A stretch of 59,955 nucleotides of DNA from a virus (Duplodnaviria; Heunggongvirae; Uroviricota; Caudoviricetes), in the IMG/VR virus record IMGVR_UViG_3300008255_000107; one strand, 5' to 3'. The position numbers were made by a program, and so were the translations under genes. This document shows, piece after piece, positions 42,183-52,677 of the stretch. Numbering within the stretch: position 1 is the stretch's first letter; every line of letters starts with the position of its first letter. Below the pieces are notes generated by a model that was given only the letters and a program-made list of their open reading frames with translations, ran no database searches and was not told the DNA's origin.

Positions 42183-43109
42183 ATGCCAGAAGCAGTTAAG
42201 GTTACCTTCGATAAGAAACAAGTGGCTTCCTTTGATGTGGATGCTCAGAAAGGATTTTCCCACCGGTGCCCCGAAGAGTTACCGGTAGATGGCGCCGAGG
42301 ATATTGTTGAGGAACTCAACCTACAGGCAAACTACGCCCGTTACCGGGTAGCCTCCAAGGATTGTCACAGTCCATCTGCCTACTGGAGAGTTAACCCGCA
42401 GCACCCACAGTTTCAGCCTGTAAAGGGATACCCAGACCTGGACATTTACTGGAAGGTTCACTGTGTGCTAGGAACTCCTGGGTACGAGTTGTTGGATAAG
42501 CTCCCGCACCCAAGTGAGTATGACTTCATGGTCAATAAGGGTATGGAGCCTGACATGCACCCCTACGGTGCTTGCTACCATGATCTTGCTGATGAGATCA
42601 GTACCGGTGTTATCGAGTGGCTGCAGGCTAAAGGTGTGAAGGCAGTTGTCGTAGGTGGGCTTGCCACTGATTACTGCGTAGCTAAGACCGTGCAGCAATT
42701 GGTAGCCGCTGGATTCCATGTGTTCGTCAACATGGCCGCTTGCCGTGGCATCTGGGCTACCACTACCCCAGAGAAGCAGATCTCTCAATTCAAAAGTTGG
42801 GGTTGCACTGTCTTAGACAACAGTGAGCAACTGGAACTCTACGTCAAGGGTACTGTGAACCCCCTGAAGGTTCTGGCAGGTTATGCTGTGGATATCCACA
42901 CGCAAGCAGGAGCCAAGTCCTTTGATGAGTTATTGGACATCAATGAAAAGTTTGAGGGTACTTGGGATAAGAACTCCAATTTGCTCGTGGTATTTGATGA
43001 CGCTGAATGCCAGGGCTACTATGGGGCTCCTTGTAATAACTCGAAGATCATCAACATCAACGTAGCTAAGCGTATGATCCGTGAAGCACGTGAAAACAGT
43101 GGCTTGTAA
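42183..43109 (+). CDS. pncA: Nicotinamidase
   Basis: DVDAQKGF, DCH, HC..GT.G, KG, GGLATDYCV. Confidence 0.9.
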   Translation: MPEAVKVTFDKKQVASFDVDAQKGFSHRCPEELPVDGAEDIVEELNLQANYARYRVASKDCHSPSAYWRVNPQHPQFQPVKGYPDLDIYWKVHCVLGTPGYELLDKLPHPSEYDFMVNKGMEPDMHPYGACYHDLADEISTGVIEWLQAKGVKAVVVGGLATDYCVAKTVQQLVAAGFHVFVNMAACRGIWATTTPEKQISQFKSWGCTVLDNSEQLELYVKGTVNPLKVLAGYAVDIHTQAGAKSFDELLDINEKFEGTWDKNSNLLVVFDDAECQGYYGAPCNNSKIININVAKRMIREARENSGL

Positions 43110-43136
43110 GCCTAACATTAAGGAAAAGGTTAAAGC

Positions 43137-44318
43137 ATGAACCGTATCATTAATTCTGTGGCTGACAATGATCTGTACAACTTTCACATGGGAGATTTCT
43201 TCTACCATAATTACAGGGGTGCACCGGTAAAGTATACCTATAAAAACAGGGATCTTAGTATCGACCTGCGCCCCGTCGTAACGGACTTACGGGAACAATT
43301 GGAAATGATGGCTGACCTTGTACTAACGGATAACGAGGCCGAGCACATGCTGGCTAACTCTAAGTGCTCTGAGGAATACCTGGAGTACCTGACGAAGACC
43401 AAGGTGTTCAACCCTCGGGATTACCAGATCAATTACAGTAACGGTCTTCAGATTGGTTATGGTGGTGAGGTACAGGATAAAATGTATTGTGAGGTAAGTC
43501 TCATGTCCGTCGTAAGTGAGCTCCACTTCCGTCACCTATATGCCGATCGCTATGATGAAGTTTTGGCATCCGGGGAAAAATGGTTACAAGAGCAGGTAGC
43601 CTGGCTCAATGAACATGCCCACCCCAAGTTATCCATTCTGGAAATGGGGGGCCGCCGTCGGTTCTCTTATGACCACCATAAGAAGGCTTTGAAGTCTTTC
43701 TGGGAAGGAACCAAGGTATTTAAAGGAACCTCTAATGTTCACCTGGGTATGGAGCTTGGAATTCCCTATTTCGGTACAATGGCTCACCAGCTGCCCATGT
43801 TCATGCAGACAGTGTACCCTGTGGCCATTAGTCAGCAAAAGGCTCTTGAGGAATGGAATCGCCATTTCAAAGGAAGCTTAGACACTGCCCTCACGGATAC
43901 CCTGGGTAATGCCAAATGGGATAGGGATTTCACCAAGGAGTATGCTGACATGTTCCGTGGCGAACGTCATGACTCGGGTGACCCCTACGAATGGGCAGAT
44001 CAAAGAATTGAAGCAGCCATCGATCGGGACGACGACTTATCCACCCGGCGATTGATGTTCAGCGACAGCCTAACTTTCGAAAAGGCTAACGAGCTGACTG
44101 CTGCCTATTGTGATGCAGTAGGGGAAGTGGGGTCCGGTATAGGGACCTTTGTTTCTAATAGCATGGGGGTAGAGGGCCATAAGCCCATACCACAAGTTTC
44201 CAAGATGACCTGGGCCAATGGGCTCCCGACTTGTAAGCTTTCTGCGGATCTTGGTAAAAGCCAAGGGGAAGACCTGAATCACACCGAGTACACAAAACAC
44301 GTAGCGGCGGTTTACTAA
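43137..44318 (+). CDS. pncB: Nicotinate phosphoribosyltransferase
   Basis: DNDLY, EMGGRRR, GTSNV, GTMAH, LTDT, RHDSGDP, FSDSL, GIGT, KLS. Confidence 0.92.
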   Translation: MNRIINSVADNDLYNFHMGDFFYHNYRGAPVKYTYKNRDLSIDLRPVVTDLREQLEMMADLVLTDNEAEHMLANSKCSEEYLEYLTKTKVFNPRDYQINYSNGLQIGYGGEVQDKMYCEVSLMSVVSELHFRHLYADRYDEVLASGEKWLQEQVAWLNEHAHPKLSILEMGGRRRFSYDHHKKALKSFWEGTKVFKGTSNVHLGMELGIPYFGTMAHQLPMFMQTVYPVAISQQKALEEWNRHFKGSLDTALTDTLGNAKWDRDFTKEYADMFRGERHDSGDPYEWADQRIEAAIDRDDDLSTRRLMFSDSLTFEKANELTAAYCDAVGEVGSGIGTFVSNSMGVEGHKPIPQVSKMTWANGLPTCKLSADLGKSQGEDLNHTEYTKHVAAVY

Positions 44319-44321
44319 GCC

Positions 44322-44849
44322 ATGTACACCTACAGATTTGACATCTACCATGAAGAGGGTGAACGCTCGTTTTACTTCCAGCACGAGAAGAAGTACACGG
44401 AGCAGGAGTGGGAGTCACTGTGCCTGAGTGCAACAAAGGACGCCTACTTCGAATCCCTGGAGAGTCTTAACCTGATAGGGGTGGACACGGATGACGGGGA
44501 TTTTGATCTTATAGGGGTAAAGCTTTGTGCAGACGGTATGTACCGACCCCTTGAGAATATCCTATGGACCGACGCTGCTTGCCATGCCCAGAACATCATT
44601 AAGCATCTTGTTGCCAAAGGGTTTAAGTCCGCCGTGGAAAATATTGAGGCTAACTGTGGGATTCATGAGTACAACTTCTTCTTTGAAAAGCTTAAGAAGG
44701 ACGCTATAGGACTTCTTAGAAAAAGGGGTGTGCCCGAAATTCCTGGGGCAGAGGAAGCCATTTTGAGATCGGTAGCCGAACTGCCGCCTAGTAAAGACGC
44801 AGAGTCACTGCTTACAGCCATGAGAAGAGCTATGCAGGTGGAAGGTTAG
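44322..44849 (+). CDS. Hypothetical protein
   Basis: 175 aa in NAD operon. Confidence 0.65.
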   Translation: MYTYRFDIYHEEGERSFYFQHEKKYTEQEWESLCLSATKDAYFESLESLNLIGVDTDDGDFDLIGVKLCADGMYRPLENILWTDAACHAQNIIKHLVAKGFKSAVENIEANCGIHEYNFFFEKLKKDAIGLLRKRGVPEIPGAEEAILRSVAELPPSKDAESLLTAMRRAMQVEG

Positions 44850-44939
44850 GTATTCCGATCTTGTTTATATAGGTGACTGGAGGTTCTTATGTCAGCGGAT
44901 GTAGATGCAAGACCTCCTATTTGTTTCAGGAGCAATATT

Positions 44940-45413
44940 ATGAAAACTGTTTCAGGTGATTTAATCAAGATGGCCCAGAATGGCGATTTCGATGTAATCG
45001 TTCACGGATGCAATTGTTTCAACAGCATGGGGAAGGGGATCGCTGCCGGCATACGCATGCACTTCCCAAAGGCCTACGACGTGGACCAGGCTACCAACCG
45101 CGGTAATCGTAATAAGCTCGGTACTTGCACCTATGCTGAAGACATGACGGACTACCCGGGGCTCATCGTGGTGAATGCTTACACCCAGTACACTTTCTGG
45201 TCCGCTGGTTCCGATAAAACGGATCTTGCCGAGTACGACGCTATCCGCGATTGTTTCCGAGAACTCAAGGGAAAGGTAGCCGGCAAGAGTCTCAGATTAG
45301 GTATCCCTAAGATTGGGGCAGGCCTAGCCGGTGGGAACTGGGATCGCATATCTGCCATCATCGAAGAAGAGATGGCCGGAGAGGATCTCACCTTAGTCCT
45401 ATTCGAAGGTTAG
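44940..45413 (+). CDS. Macrodomain protein
   Basis: IVHGCNCFNSMGKGIA, VNAYTQ, PKIGAGLAGGNW. Confidence 0.9.
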   Translation: MKTVSGDLIKMAQNGDFDVIVHGCNCFNSMGKGIAAGIRMHFPKAYDVDQATNRGNRNKLGTCTYAEDMTDYPGLIVVNAYTQYTFWSAGSDKTDLAEYDAIRDCFRELKGKVAGKSLRLGIPKIGAGLAGGNWDRISAIIEEEMAGEDLTLVLFEG

Positions 45414-45417
45414 TACC

Positions 45418-46200
45418 ATGCCGTTAGTACAGAAACAGAAGTTCAGTCGTAGGGAAGAGGATCTTGTCCTATGCGGGGAGTACACTGTAAACGTGGATTC
45501 CGAAGGCATGTTCAGCGCCGTGCTGCCGCAGGATGTGGCCCAGGCCATGAAGGATGTGGGTATCCACATGGACACCAATAAGCGCTCCGAAAAGATTGGT
45601 TGGTACAAGGCGGAAAGCCTGGACGCTCTGAAGAAAAAGATTCATGATGATATGGACTCGTATTTCCACAGGGAACTCGTTTCGGAGGAAACCGTCCTTA
45701 GGTATCAGATAGGTTCAGCATGTTCGTACATGATAGACCCTGTGCGTGGTTTCATACCAAATGGTACGTTCTGTACCACGGAGGACTACAAGTGGATAAC
45801 GGGCAATATCCAAACCGACGTAACCCATAGAAAACCTTTTGGTATCCAAGTATATGTGGAAATCCGTAAAAAGGAGACACACAGGTTCCTAACGGGGCAG
45901 ACTGTGTCAAAGTACACATACGTTCGTCTACCCTATAATAAGTCTGTGGATGAGTACTCAGATCTGGAGTGGCTGTGTGGGGCAGCCGGCATGGGTCCTG
46001 TCCAGGGTTTAAAGGTGGAGGAAATACCAGCCACCCCCGAAAACTGCAAGTTTTTTGTAGAGACCTTAAAGGGCCTCTTTCAGATGAACGAAAACATCAA
46101 GCATTTGTTGGATCCAGAAAAACTCCAACTTTTGGCAAAGGAAGGAGGTACACCAGTGTACCTTCCCACAAAAACAGGGGCAACAGATAATGTCGCGTAG
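45418..46200 (+). CDS. Hypothetical protein
   Basis: 260 aa. Confidence 0.7.
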   Translation: MPLVQKQKFSRREEDLVLCGEYTVNVDSEGMFSAVLPQDVAQAMKDVGIHMDTNKRSEKIGWYKAESLDALKKKIHDDMDSYFHRELVSEETVLRYQIGSACSYMIDPVRGFIPNGTFCTTEDYKWITGNIQTDVTHRKPFGIQVYVEIRKKETHRFLTGQTVSKYTYVRLPYNKSVDEYSDLEWLCGAAGMGPVQGLKVEEIPATPENCKFFVETLKGLFQMNENIKHLLDPEKLQLLAKEGGTPVYLPTKTGATDNVA

Positions 46201-47965
46201 TTTAAATGTAAAGGGTTACCAGCTTAACTTCGTGGTAGGGGACCTGGTAGGGAACACCAAAAAGATTCTGAACGAGCTCCGCGAAACCAGCGGTGACGTA
46301 GACCTGGCCGTATTTTCAGAGCTAGCCATCACCGGTTATCCTCCCTTGGATCTAGTCATCCGACCAGGTTTCGTGGATGAGCAGAACCGCTGCCTGGATC
46401 GGATCATCGACTTCACCAGGGATGCCCCTAATTTGGAGGACACCCATGTGGTTCTCGGTGTGGTTACTCGTACCAAAAAAGGAAATGGGCTGCATAACTC
46501 CCTGGTGGTTATTCACAGGGGTGAAATTAAGCACACCTACCACAAGCAGCTGTTGCCCACCTACAACATTTTTGACGAGCAGAGGTTATTCACCCCCGGT
46601 TCTCGTAAGCAGAAGGCATGGATGAATATCAATTTGCACCGTGTCATGTTCTTTATTTGCGAGGATCTGTGGAGTGGTGAGGGTAACACCCTCTATGACG
46701 AAAGAGACCTCGTGGCCGAAAACAAACCATTTTGGGGTGCAGACTTAATCGTATCCATTAATGCATCCCCTGCAGAGTTGGGAAAGCCCCTTAAGCGAAA
46801 ACAGGTATTCAGGGAAATCGTCCGTAAACACAAGATCCCACTATTCTACCTAAACCAGGTCGGGGGCAACGATGATCAGATCTACGACGGAAACAGCTTT
46901 TACATACACTGTAATAGGAAACTTTTAAGGTCATACCATGCTCCGGAGTTTGAAGTTGCTTGCCCCGCGGTATGTTTAAAGAGTGGTGGTGGAAATCCCG
47001 AAACGATGGGTTTGAGTTCTTACGTGTACGAAAGCACGGACTACATGCTGAACATGCTTACCCTTGGTATCAAAGACTACGTGGATAAGTGTGGTTTCAA
47101 AGGCGTTACCATTTCTCTTTCTGGCGGGGTGGACTCCGCCCTTGTCACTACTTTAGCTGTGCTTGCCCTGGGAAGCCATCGTGTGGAATGTACGACCATG
47201 CCCTCCCGGTATTCTTCCGAGGGAAGCGTTAGCGATTCCCAGAGGCTGTGTGATAATTTGGGAATACCGCTTTACACGCTGGCTATTAATGAAGTGGTCG
47301 AGAAGCACATGGACGCTTACGAGAAGTCGTACGGGGAGCCTATGTCCCCACTGGCCCAGGAGAACCTGCAGGCTGCCATTCGCGGCAACGCCATCATGCG
47401 GCGTTCTAACAGCTCTGGTAACCTGGTCCTGATAGGATCCAATAAGAGCGAGGGGTCCGTTGGGTATTTCACCATGTTTGGGGATTCCAACGGCGGCCTG
47501 GCCCCCATTGGGGATTTGTATAAAACAGAGGTATACAAACTCGTGGAGTACATCAACAATGAGGCAGAGAACCACGGCTTCGGGTTGGAGAACTACATTG
47601 GCATCGAGGGGGGCATCATTCCGGAGAATATTTGGAAGAAAGAACCGTCCGCTGAACTGGCCCCCGGGCAAAAGGATTCCAACTCCCTTCCCGAGTATCC
47701 CGTGCTGGACGCAATCCTAAAGCTGTTTATTGAAGGGGACCTGATGGACGACTTTGAAAAGGGTGCTCACCGAAGGGTTATAGCTAATAGCGGCATCCCC
47801 GAAAGTGAAGTGGTTAGGGTCATAAGCCTGGTGGACAAAACTGAATACAAGCGTCGTATGCTGGCCCCCATACTTAGGGTCCACTCTCGTGCTTTTGGTT
47901 CCGGGAGAGTTCTGCCCTTGGCTAAAGGGAAAGACACTCATGCAGACATGTGGGCGTTCCGATGA
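46190..47965 (+). CDS. nadE: Glutamine-dependent NAD+ synthetase
   Basis: Nitrilase E/K/C triad (FSEL, HKQLLP, ICEDLW); SGGVDS, QENLQ, PSAEL. Confidence 0.95.
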   Translation: MSRSLNVKGYQLNFVVGDLVGNTKKILNELRETSGDVDLAVFSELAITGYPPLDLVIRPGFVDEQNRCLDRIIDFTRDAPNLEDTHVVLGVVTRTKKGNGLHNSLVVIHRGEIKHTYHKQLLPTYNIFDEQRLFTPGSRKQKAWMNINLHRVMFFICEDLWSGEGNTLYDERDLVAENKPFWGADLIVSINASPAELGKPLKRKQVFREIVRKHKIPLFYLNQVGGNDDQIYDGNSFYIHCNRKLLRSYHAPEFEVACPAVCLKSGGGNPETMGLSSYVYESTDYMLNMLTLGIKDYVDKCGFKGVTISLSGGVDSALVTTLAVLALGSHRVECTTMPSRYSSEGSVSDSQRLCDNLGIPLYTLAINEVVEKHMDAYEKSYGEPMSPLAQENLQAAIRGNAIMRRSNSSGNLVLIGSNKSEGSVGYFTMFGDSNGGLAPIGDLYKTEVYKLVEYINNEAENHGFGLENYIGIEGGIIPENIWKKEPSAELAPGQKDSNSLPEYPVLDAILKLFIEGDLMDDFEKGAHRRVIANSGIPESEVVRVISLVDKTEYKRRMLAPILRVHSRAFGSGRVLPLAKGKDTHADMWAFR

Positions 47966-48397
47966 ACAAGGAGATAACTCTATCCGGTGAAGTAAAACTT
48001 GGTGCTTTCCCATCGTGTATCCATGTGCACATAGGCTGTAGCCTTACGTCCATCATGGATTCCTCTGTTAGTGCTCAGGTGGCCAACAAAAGGGATCCTA
48101 AACCTATAAGCGCGGCCTCTCTACGGTATGCCGCCGCCTACACCATCACTCCTCTTAGGGGGGTCTCCCCACATACTGGTACCCTACAAGGATATTAACG
48201 ATGGCGGTGCCCTATTGCATGAGTGCTACCACGCTGTTTGCCCTGCCCTTACAAGTCATGGAGTGCTGCCAGGACCTGAAACTGAAGAGGTGTATGCCTA
48301 TCATTTGGAGTATGCCTTTATTGAGGTAACCAAGTTGATCAAAGAGTTGGTGGAGCCTAAAGGTGGGCGTAAGAAAAAAGTGGCAGGTAAGGACTAG
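47962..48397 (+). pseudogene. HExxH protein, apparently frameshifted at a G6 run
   Basis: Two overlapping ORFs join at taggggggtc (48158-48163); LLHECYH...EEVYAY. Confidence 0.5.
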
Positions 48398-48418
48398 GGG
48401 CACACCCAAGGGTAATGC

Positions 48419-49243
48419 ATGAAAAAGATATTCGAAGGCTTGACCAAAGAAGAAATCGAATTTTACCTCGCGGTAAACTATGCTCCTGGTAGCAAGTACC
48501 CCCGTGCGGATGGATCGTACGGTAAAGACGGAAACGCCCTTTGGAAAAAGCTAGAGGAACGGGGCCTTATAGAGGCTGTGGGTTCCTACAAGTGGAAACC
48601 AGTACTAGACTTAACAGAGGTTATTACCAACATGACCACGGAAAGGGACAACAACGATAATGAAACACGAGACGGTGGAAAGAAGGCTACCACCTTGGTA
48701 GAGTACTTCTGGGGTCGTCGCTGCGAGCTACTCAACGAGATAGCTGCCCAAGACGAAGTGATTCGTAAGAGCATGCAGATGGAGCCAGATTCTGTTATGC
48801 GATTCGGTTTGGACTACCACGGAGTTATAGATAGGCATTCCGATGTTCTGGCTCCTTGGGCTGCCGAGCAAGTGCGTTCGGGTAATGAAGTACACATCGT
48901 GACTGGGAGCATGTGGTCCCCTCAGTTCGAGGCGGAGCTGGCCGCTCTTGGCTTTGTTAAAGGTGAAACTTTCACCCACTTCTTCTCCATCACTGACTAC
49001 CACCTGTCGCTGGGTAGCAAAGTGTCCTTCAATACCAAGGGGCAGCCCTTTATGGACCCCGATTTGTGGGAGCCCACTAAGGGGGCGTACGCCCTGGAAA
49101 AGAACCTCAATGTACTTTGGGACGATTCCCCATCCTACGGTAGGTACATGCCTTCGAATTGTGTGTACTTGACATTCTCACCTGATAAGATAGCGGAGCA
49201 GACCAAGTGGATTACCCAAGGACGAGAGAGGATAGGTAGATGA
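48419..49243 (+). CDS. Hypothetical protein with C-terminal HAD-like domain
   Basis: FGLDYHGVID, IVTG, LWDDSP. Confidence 0.65.
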   Translation: MKKIFEGLTKEEIEFYLAVNYAPGSKYPRADGSYGKDGNALWKKLEERGLIEAVGSYKWKPVLDLTEVITNMTTERDNNDNETRDGGKKATTLVEYFWGRRCELLNEIAAQDEVIRKSMQMEPDSVMRFGLDYHGVIDRHSDVLAPWAAEQVRSGNEVHIVTGSMWSPQFEAELAALGFVKGETFTHFFSITDYHLSLGSKVSFNTKGQPFMDPDLWEPTKGAYALEKNLNVLWDDSPSYGRYMPSNCVYLTFSPDKIAEQTKWITQGRERIGR

Positions 49244-49944
49244 GAATACCTCGCATGTTCCGAAAAAAAAGATTAGCCATCTACGGAGGATCCTTCGACC
49301 CTCCCACTAAAGCTCACGTCGAGCTGGTGAAAAAGGTGTTACGCTTAAAGCTAGTGGACGAGGTCATTGTATGTCCTTCGTACATGCACCGGGAAAAAGG
49401 GGACCAAAGTGAGTCCTTCCTGCATAGGCTGGCCATGTGTACCATGGCTTTTAGCGCCGTGAAGGGTGCCGTAGTATCCGCCGATGATTACTCCTCTTAC
49501 CAGTCCACCATGACGCACGGGGGTGAGGGGGCCGGTTCCACCTATAACCTTGTGAGGAAAGTGATACGGGATGGATATGGCGTGCCATGTGATAGCTACT
49601 TGCTTATAGGTGCTGACTGTTTCAAAAACATAGGGTCGTGGTACGATTCCCAGTATCTTTTGAAGCTGTGTAAACTTATCGTGGTTGGTAGGGGTGGTGT
49701 AAGCTGGAACGCTATGGAGGATAATTTTTTAAGAAGTAAAAGAGCCACCTTTGTAGATTACGATTCTGCTGTATCCTCTACCGATTTTCGTACTGGGTAT
49801 AGGGAGTACCACTTATCGGGGGAACTCAGCATGACCGTGGACAGGGAGCTGTACAAGACCTCGATCCTAGGCATGTTACCCAAGGATGTATCTAGGTACA
49901 TAGAGAAGGAAGGACTTTACAAGGATGGTCACAGTGCCTCATAA
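49240..49944 (+). CDS. nadD: Nicotinate-nucleotide adenylyltransferase
   Basis: YGGSFDPPTKAH, IGAD, W, SST, V..YI....LY. Confidence 0.9.
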   Translation: MRIPRMFRKKRLAIYGGSFDPPTKAHVELVKKVLRLKLVDEVIVCPSYMHREKGDQSESFLHRLAMCTMAFSAVKGAVVSADDYSSYQSTMTHGGEGAGSTYNLVRKVIRDGYGVPCDSYLLIGADCFKNIGSWYDSQYLLKLCKLIVVGRGGVSWNAMEDNFLRSKRATFVDYDSAVSSTDFRTGYREYHLSGELSMTVDRELYKTSILGMLPKDVSRYIEKEGLYKDGHSAS

Positions 49945-50662
49945 AACCAAGCTAGTTACAGGTGGCCCAGAGTTACTGCCGGACTGCAGTAACTATGACC
50001 GCAACAAGTACCCTAAGGGTATGAATACCGTCGACACCATCATTGCTCGTTTGGAAGACAAAAAAATCAAGGTCCTACTTGTGAAGCGAAAGTACAACCC
50101 CTTCCAGGGCATGTGGGCTATCCCAGGTGGGTTCGTGGACATCAACGAGAACGAGCCCCTGGACGACGCTTCCGTGAGAGAGCTAGAAGAGGAGACTGGC
50201 GCCACTGGTATCCCCGTGCAACAGCTGCACACTTATGGGGATCCGGGTCGTGACCCAAGGGATCGCACGTTTACTGTGGCCTATTATGCTCTGGTTTCGG
50301 AAGACCGCATGTCCGCTCAGAAAATAAAAGCGGCTGACGATGCTGAAGACATCATGTGGGCGGACCTATCCGAACTTGGTAGCTTAGAAATTGCTTTTGA
50401 CCACAGGAAAATCCTGAGTGATTTCCAGACGGTGCTTATGAAGGGTGTGCAGCACGAACCCTTAGTGTTCCATCTTGTTCCCAAACTGTTCTCGTGGAGG
50501 GATGTCCAGGATGCCTATGAGGCCATCTTGCAGCGCCCAGTGAATAACATTCGTCGAAAAGTTTTGAGCCGGTACATTCTGAAAGAAGAAGGCGTACGGA
50601 ATGGGTACTTGCACCGGCCTCCCCGGATTTACAGCTATGTGGGTGAGAAGGAAGGATTCTAA
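49925..50662 (+). CDS. NUDIX with C-terminal wHTH (NrtR-like)
   Basis: WAIPGGFV...RELEEETG, RDPR, AFDH, RPPRIY. Confidence 0.85.
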   Translation: MVTVPHKTKLVTGGPELLPDCSNYDRNKYPKGMNTVDTIIARLEDKKIKVLLVKRKYNPFQGMWAIPGGFVDINENEPLDDASVRELEEETGATGIPVQQLHTYGDPGRDPRDRTFTVAYYALVSEDRMSAQKIKAADDAEDIMWADLSELGSLEIAFDHRKILSDFQTVLMKGVQHEPLVFHLVPKLFSWRDVQDAYEAILQRPVNNIRRKVLSRYILKEEGVRNGYLHRPPRIYSYVGEKEGF

Positions 50663-51366
50663 TGCCTATAGTGTGTACCAGGTGCGGAGCTTCTAACCAC
50701 GGTAATAAGAACGGAAGTCCATGTGTATTCTGTGGGTCTATCATTTACGGAAACAAAAAAGTTTGGAGTGCAAAAGCTATGGAGTGTAAACCCCCTAAAG
50801 ACGGACGTGCCGATTTCAATACCTACTTCAGGCACACCGAGGAGTTTCCTAAAATCGGTATGGACATCCTACCCATGGGGACAGACTATGTGTATGTGTC
50901 CTGCACATTTTTGAACGGGTTCATAAATTATGTGAAGCCATTAAAGGCCTTCGTATTGGGAAGGTACCACGGGTGGGATGAGGAACTAGACAGTCCTAAT
51001 GAGATCCACATTCAGGACCCACCAGGTAGTCGGCAATGGGTAAAGCCATCCCTTAAAACCAAGGATGAGTTTTTCAAGGCCCTGACAGTTCCAGGAGCTG
51101 TGGCTCACTCTAAGCTGGACACGGACTTCCAAGATGACGTGCTTATCTTGGCAAAATCCGAGGAAAACCATAAGGGTGAATGGTGCTACTTCTACTTTTG
51201 GTATGACCGTGATAGCTCCGATTGCTGCATAGGTAGGTTCCAAACTACAGACGACGAGGAAGTGGTTGTGAGTAAATTTTATAATTACTGTAATGACCCG
51301 GAAACAAGCGAGTACGGCAGTCGCGAGATACCTCTTCACTATTTTCAAGGATGGATAAGTGGATAG
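50662..51366 (+). CDS. Hypothetical protein with N-terminal Zn ribbon
   Basis: CTRC...CVFC. Confidence 0.65.
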   Translation: MPIVCTRCGASNHGNKNGSPCVFCGSIIYGNKKVWSAKAMECKPPKDGRADFNTYFRHTEEFPKIGMDILPMGTDYVYVSCTFLNGFINYVKPLKAFVLGRYHGWDEELDSPNEIHIQDPPGSRQWVKPSLKTKDEFFKALTVPGAVAHSKLDTDFQDDVLILAKSEENHKGEWCYFYFWYDRDSSDCCIGRFQTTDDEEVVVSKFYNYCNDPETSEYGSREIPLHYFQGWISG

Positions 51367-51907
51367 CTTTGTATGCTCCAAAAAAGTGGTCCTGGCCATA
51401 GCGGACTACCAGGCATCTTTTAAAAAAGGTTTCGAAGGAGAATCCGAGGCAGTGCGCTCCTACATAGCTAGCATGCCCGATTTTTTTGGTTACGAATCCT
51501 CCATGACCCGCGTGCCATCTTTCGTTAGCGGGAAGCTGTCAGCCCATAGCGGAACCTTTGTAAGGCCGTTCCTAGAACGCATGAGGCACTACAAACGGGG
51601 TTTGGATTGGAAAGCCCTGCATAAGGGTCCCGCACCGGAGGCACTGTTCTTAGCTACTAAAAGTATACCCCCCGGAAAGACTGACCCCTTACATGGTAAA
51701 ACGGTACTGTGCAACGGGCACAAGTGCGGCATGCAATTTTACAACAAAAGCACGGGTATGCACGAACCCTGTTCCCACAGCCAGCCCCACAAGTCCAAGT
51801 ACGGGTGCAGCTGGGAAGGGTGTGCGTACGCCCTTGGCGAAAATCGTTCGTGCGAAGAACATGACCTACCGAAGGTGAGGATAGTTTATGACGAAACAGG
51901 TGATTAA
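51359..51907 (+). CDS. Hypothetical protein, Cys/His-rich C-terminus
   Basis: 182 aa in operon. Confidence 0.6.
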   Translation: MDSFVCSKKVVLAIADYQASFKKGFEGESEAVRSYIASMPDFFGYESSMTRVPSFVSGKLSAHSGTFVRPFLERMRHYKRGLDWKALHKGPAPEALFLATKSIPPGKTDPLHGKTVLCNGHKCGMQFYNKSTGMHEPCSHSQPHKSKYGCSWEGCAYALGENRSCEEHDLPKVRIVYDETGD

Positions 51908-52337
51908 CCTATGCAAGTGCTGCGGTACACCATACACTTACAGGGTAGGTGGGTATGATTGCTTTGAGCCTAGCAATAGCGCTACCTGGTGCCCGCCATG
52001 TGCTATGTTGGTACACAAAGCCCTAGATAATGTACCCACCAGGTTTGCATGGATATGGGTAAAAAGCTCGGATTACACGGTGCCCGAGTTGCTGGCTATC
52101 GAAAAGGAGAAGCTACAGGCAGAAGGAGTACTGATGCCCAGGAGGGTGATGCCGTGCTTATTCAACTTGGATGAATCCGCTGCTAAGAATGAAAACCACA
52201 CCGGGTATGTGAAGACTACCAAGGGGGAGTACTGCTACAGTTACTGGGATCAAGGCGGATCCGAAGAAGTTCAGAGAAGAGCCTACTGGGACATCAAGGC
52301 CAATAAGGAAAAAATTCTACCAGCGGGGACTAGGTAA
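51888..52337 (+). CDS. Hypothetical Zn-binding protein
   Basis: CKCC...WCPPC. Confidence 0.65.
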   Translation: MTKQVINLCKCCGTPYTYRVGGYDCFEPSNSATWCPPCAMLVHKALDNVPTRFAWIWVKSSDYTVPELLAIEKEKLQAEGVLMPRRVMPCLFNLDESAAKNENHTGYVKTTKGEYCYSYWDQGGSEEVQRRAYWDIKANKEKILPAGTR

Positions 52338-52666
52338 TGACTTTATTTCTAAGAACACCCCATAACGACACCATTGCGGATATCGAGATATACGAAAAGA
52401 GTGGGGAAAGGTCTCCGTACGTGGAGCTCCATTGTTCCATAGATATCGGTAACTACTCAAGACTATTACTGGGTCTCCCCAAGGATGAGGTACTGGCTGC
52501 CATAAGAGACTTTGATGATCTTTCCGAACTCAGAGGTTGGATGTGGGAATCCTACTTCGGCGGAAAAGATAATACCCCTGACCAAATGCCCGGTGTTCTA
52601 GATGCCGTAAGGGAAAGGCTAGATGGACTTTCCGGGAAATACAGGTTATCGGTCGTGGAGGACTAG
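52337..52666 (+). CDS. Hypothetical protein
   Basis: 109 aa, coupled start. Confidence 0.65.
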   Translation: MTLFLRTPHNDTIADIEIYEKSGERSPYVELHCSIDIGNYSRLLLGLPKDEVLAAIRDFDDLSELRGWMWESYFGGKDNTPDQMPGVLDAVRERLDGLSGKYRLSVVED

Positions 52667-52677
52667 TTCCCCCAGAC

